In this document: in pieces, positions 60,027-64,000 of the stretch
Layout: every line of letters starts with the position of its first letter
Numbering within the stretch: the first letter of the stretch is position 1
NCBI GenBank assembly: GCA_001244265.2
Contig: CDLV01000006.1
Coordinates: forward strand, 2,418,001 to 2,482,000
Origin: Microbotryum violaceum
Lineage: Eukaryota
Length of the DNA stretch: 64,000 nt
Direction of reading: 5' to 3'
Translations under genes and position numbers: made by a program
The notes under the pieces: model-generated
The model's database searches: none
Seen by the model: the letters and a program-made list of their open reading frames with translations, nothing else
What the model was told of the DNA's origin: nothing

Positions 60027-60251
60027 CTCGAGTGCCGAAGAAAAGGAAGAAGGAGTACTCGCTCTTGGTAACTTGAATAATATGATAAGAGTAGGTGCTT
60101 CGAGATCAGCTAGCTCGAAGCCAGAGAGGGAATTGAGGGGAAGGAGAGGAGAAGAGGAGACGACGAGCTGAAGCTGTGCGCACCGGTCCGTTGGGCGCCC
60201 TGCGTCCTCCTGCGTCTCGGCCCAAAGTGAGACCCTCTATTTAGCGAGGCC

Positions 60252-60269
60252 GACGCGTCGCGACGCGTC
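60252..60269. promoter_or_regulatory. 18-bp perfect palindrome containing two MCB (ACGCGT) elements
   Basis: GACGCGTCGCGACGCGTC, ~230 bp upstream of the SRA gene. Confidence 0.55.
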
Positions 60270-60464
60270 TCGGTGGCCACAATACCTCAGCTCGAGCGAG
60301 TGGAGCAGATTTGGACTACAAGGCGTTAACGGAGAGAGTTTGCAACAATTTCATTCGTCTTATTTGCTACACATTTTCAGCTACAGAGATTGTTCATCAC
60401 GACAAGTACCTTCCCACTCCGTTCACGCTCACGCCGTGAGCCCACACCGGTACCGTGCACCCCG

Positions 60465-61644
60465 TCACTGTCCGTTCAGCTCGGCCTGTTTCTTGGGTCG
60501 AGCGACAATGACCGTATCCTTGCCAAAGACCCTCGTTTCAACAGGTTCCAAATCGGGCGGCAAGTTCTGGGAATAGAATGCACACCGTAGAAGTGATAGC
60601 TATTAGTACTGTCCGTTCGAGTCTGCTCTTTCAAGACTGACCCCTTGTCGGACCGCACAAATCCCCTCGCCAACGATGGTCGGAGCAACGGTGATGATCA
60701 ACAGATCGACAAGACCAGCTTCAAGAAAGGCGGTGATGACGCTGGCGCCTCCTTCGATCATCAGGGAACGACCGAGCAGGTCCTGGCGCGCGAGAAGCGC
60801 AGTAAGGGAGAGGCGTGAGGTGGCTGTTGAGTTCCCGAGATGGTGCAACGTATCAGCCAGATTCTTTTGCTTCCTGTGGAAATGTGCTCTTTTCGCTCAC
60901 CCTGAAGTGGGAGAACCTCGACCCTCGCCCCAGCCGCTTCGAACTCCTGCCTCCGATCGTTCGGCAAAGTCGATTCCTCGGAGCAGAAAAAGGTGGGTCG
61001 AGGCATGGTCCCCTTCCGATGGTTGCGGATTAACTTGCACGTCGTGGGTGACTTGAGATTCGGGTCGAGGATGAGAGGTCGGGGCTGTTGTTCGATTGGG
61101 AGGGGGATGGGGAGTCGCGCTGTTGGAGTTGATTGGCCAAGCACGTGATTGAGCCACGGGAGTTGGTCCTGAGGCAGACAGCATGCCTTGCACGACAAAA
61201 GACCCACCGCTCAACTGCGGATCATCAGACACGACCGTCCCCACGCCAACCAAGATGGAGTCGTGCAAGGCCCGTAAGCTGTAGATCACCGCGCGGGTTC
61301 AGATTGACGTCAGATCGAGATCCAGGGAGCAATGTCAAAAACAGCGAGGCGGGCTTGGTGGCTTCGTGGACGTACGCATGGGTGAGGTACATGCTCTCTG
61401 CTCCACTGAGCCTGATCTGAGTCCCGCCTGGTCCTGCGATCTTGGCGTCGATTGATTGGGCATAAGTCAGGGTCACGAACGGACGAGGACGGGGTGGGGA
61501 ACCCCCACTCGCAGCAGTCGAGGTCGAGGTCGAGGCTGAGGCTGGCGTCGCAGGCGAGAACAACTCGGCGGGGTACCATGTCCGCAGCAGCGAGGTTAGA
61601 TCATGTACTTGAGGTGTGGTGGTCGTGGTCGTCGAGGTCGTCAT
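60465..61644 (-). CDS. RIB7: 2,5-diamino-6-ribosylamino-4(3H)-pyrimidinone 5'-phosphate reductase (RibD_C, riboflavin synthesis)
   Basis: RPFVTLTYAQSIDAKIAG..LSGAESMYLTH|.LRALHDSILVGVGTVVSDDPQL..QPRPLILDPNL..SLMIEGGASVITAFL..LIITVAPTIVGEG..VFGKDTVI. Confidence 0.92.
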
Positions 61645-61854
61645 GTTGGGGTCAAGGCGGCACGGCCAGACGCGGGAGGAAAACTGGCCGGGTTGCGCGC
61701 CGAGTCGACGGAAATAGCCGCGCGTTATAATCCAAATTGTAATTAGTCAGCGAACGATCCGCTGACTCTGGTAGCGCGCTGCTCAGCTTCGCAGAGCTGA
61801 GACCGCGCTCCGCTCCCGTCCTCGTCACCCTTCTCGTAGCACATACTCACAATC

Positions 61855-63077
61855 ATGGCCGCCGCTCGTGCATCCACTTCACGCAGGACTCGTCCTTCCC
61901 CTCTGTCACGCCAAAACTCGTACGACGACATGGACCCAGACGACGACGACGACGACTCCGCCTCCGACTCTGACGGGGAAGCCATCATCCGACGCATCCC
62001 CGTCTACTTCAACCCCAACGCAGTCGACCATCTCGCCTTGCTCCAATACCCCGACCGACCCCAGAAACGCTCGACGTCGCACCCTCTGATCCCGCCCTCT
62101 TTACGCCCCGACGCTGATCACCCTCATCGAGCACCCGAGGATCAGGTCCAAGCGAGGTACAAGCCCTCGTCGCAACATTTGGAGGTCTCGGTTCCTATCG
62201 AACGTCATCATCCGCAACGATGGAACGATGATCAAGCGCGCTTGTTCGCTTCTGGCGTCGTTACCGAGGCTGATATGGCCAAGGAGACTCGGGCGAGGTT
62301 GGATGCCGCGTTGGGCAAGAAAGGCGGGAGGCGCGGGAGGAAGAATCCACATGTCGACGAAGAGGAGGAGAGGAGGGAGAGGGAACAGAGGGAGAAAAGG
62401 AGGTTGGAGAGGCTCAACTACAAGAGCATCGCATTGCCCGAGGTGACGCATTACTTTGCGATGGTCGCCAGGGAGGGTCAGTTCAATTCTTCAGCGTGCG
62501 GATTCCCCATACCAACAGCATCACTGACTCCTTCACGTATCACCCTCAGACTCGGTACATCTTGCGCCCGTGACACAGACGTTCCAACTCCGACCGAATC
62601 TGCAGTACCTCGACCAGATCATCACCAACGAACGCCGCCGCAAGCGCGAAGAGAAAGCTTCCGCCGACGCTGACGCCGATTCGGACGGTGACATCTCGGA
62701 CGCCGAACTGAAAAAGGAGGAAGCCAAAGCCGTGCAGGTCTCGGTCAAGCAAGAGGCTGAAGGGGCTTCGGCTCTTGGGTCGGGCGGGATGGGCACTCGA
62801 GGACCGGCGAACGGGAGGGCTGGCGCGAGTCTGTTCACTCCGCTCAGGCAGGAGGAGAATGAGGAATGGCGCAAAGCCAAGCATTTCCATGCCGATGTAA
62901 GCAACGGGACTTTTTTTTTTTTTTTTTACAGAATCAGAGATATCGGCCTAATCACTTTTCCCCTCTCAGACCTCGCGAGCGAACGACGCCTACGACATGA
63001 TTGTCAACTCGCATGATGGTTCCTACGAGGACGACTTCAATGGCACGATCAAGCCTAGAGACTATTTGCAGGGGTAA
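61855..63077 (+). CDS. RPC37: RNA polymerase III subunit RPC5/Rpc37 (Sin-like)
   Basis: IIRRIPVYFN..LALLQYPDRP..ARYKP..LEVSVPI..HYFAMV..HLAPVTQTFQLRPNLQYLD..EEW. Two introns; last exon TSRANDAYD..PRDYLQG*. Confidence 0.85.
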
Positions 63078-63170
63078 ATTTCGAGCGAACTTTTTGTGTA
63101 ACATTGTACTATTTATTTCATTGCAGTGTTCACCCTACACATATACCTTGCCCACAGCCTGAAAGCCCTC

Positions 63171-64000
63171 TCATCCCAAGTTCGGCCTGTCCGTCTCCGC
63201 GTAATGTGCACTATGCTCATCGCTGGGACCCTGAGAGGTCTTGAGGTTCTGCTTATGCTCAATCATCGAAAGCATCGTCTCGACTTCGGCACCGAGAGCG
63301 GCCTCCCTTTCTTGAGCCAGGGTCGCAAGAGCTTGTTCTCGATCCAGAGCGACTGCGGATCACAACATCCAAAATTGAGGAGATGTCAGGAAACCGTTGG
63401 AAGGGTTAAAGGCTTTTATTGATTGGAGAGTTTGAAAGAACTGACCGCTCAGACGGAGAGAGTGATGAAGGGATTCGGTGCACAGTCGGCGAGTGAGGTA
63501 GGTGATGCGATCGGGCAAGGCGAGGCTGTCGTACAGCGTGGAGACGGTCTGCGGAAGAAAGGATGCAAGTCCGTGAAACGCGTTCGGAAAACGTAAGTGG
63601 ACCCATGCCTGATAATCCACTTACCTCCTCATAATCTGATCAGTCCCTGACCATCAACCAGGAAGGTCAGCCCGGCGCAGAATCAGATATTCCGTCTTCT
63701 CCCATTCCCCCCAATGTAATTGACTCACGTTGCGAAGTCATCTTTTCATGCTGCAGACCCATCCTCAACTCCTCGTTTACCCTAACAAGTTGTCGAATCT
63801 GGTCTTGAAGCGCCGAGACGTCAGTCTGTTCTACTTGGGCTTGTTGGGCAAGAGTGTTGGAGAGGGCAGCGCAGTTGCGCGGTGGGAGGATCGGGGTAGC
63901 AAGGTTGGGATGGTGGAAGCAGCGATGAGTGATCACGAGGTCTTGGGGAGCAGTAGTAGATAAAGTACAAGTGTTATTGGACCGACTCACGCGCGATGAC
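63171..64000 (-). CDS. 3' part of a multi-exon hypothetical coiled-coil protein running out of the window
   Basis: Exon peptides EQTDVSALQDQIRQLVRVNEELRMGLQHEK, TVSTLYDSLALPDRITYLTRRL and ALDREQALATLAQEREAALGAEVETMLSMIEHK..PNLG*, separated by GT-AG introns. The exact splicing is uncertain. Confidence 0.55.

Noticed and set aside
62911..62927. T17 run as a retro-insertion tail or Pol III terminator
   Set aside because: It lies inside a short RPC37 intron with no target duplication or upstream element; a simple homopolymer.

Overview
GC-rich, intron-containing eukaryotic DNA from a basidiomycete fungus. It is most likely a Pucciniomycotina/Microbotryomycetes yeast; this is an inference from protein style and short GT-AG introns with CTGAC/CTAAC branch points. 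The window holds about 20 densely packed protein-coding genes, in order: a probable Fig4 3' end, a Rua1/Meu26-type Cys/His protein, an unknown membrane protein, Byr4/Bfa1, HMG-box factor 1, Polycomb EED/ESC, a Ras-like-domain/RasGEF fusion, proteasome alpha3 (PRE9), HMG-box factor 2, ATR/Mec1, a tail-anchored protein, a divergent xylulokinase-like protein, Fap7/AK6, a glycosyltransferase-like/alginate-lyase-like membrane protein, a PTS2 acyl-CoA synthetase, an Hva1 Tudor protein, an SRA-only UHRF1-like protein, RIB7, RPC5 and a partial coiled-coil gene. The ~3.2 kb gap at 26113-29376 holds a probable solo LTR and a possible Helitron-like relic. Most notable observations: (1) two paralogous HMG factors, each with a perfect Prf1-type pheromone response element upstream; (2) an EED lacking its aromatic cage whose upstream region shares a 12-mer MCB-like motif with that of the SRA protein; (3) a GT-like protein fused to an apparently dead lyase domain; (4) a xylulokinase paralog with a remodelled sugar pocket; (5) a long structured PRE9 intron plus a ~78-aa PRE9 insertion. 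No rRNA, tRNA or CRISPR array was seen. All family calls come from motif recognition by eye, not database searches, and exon boundaries are manual predictions.
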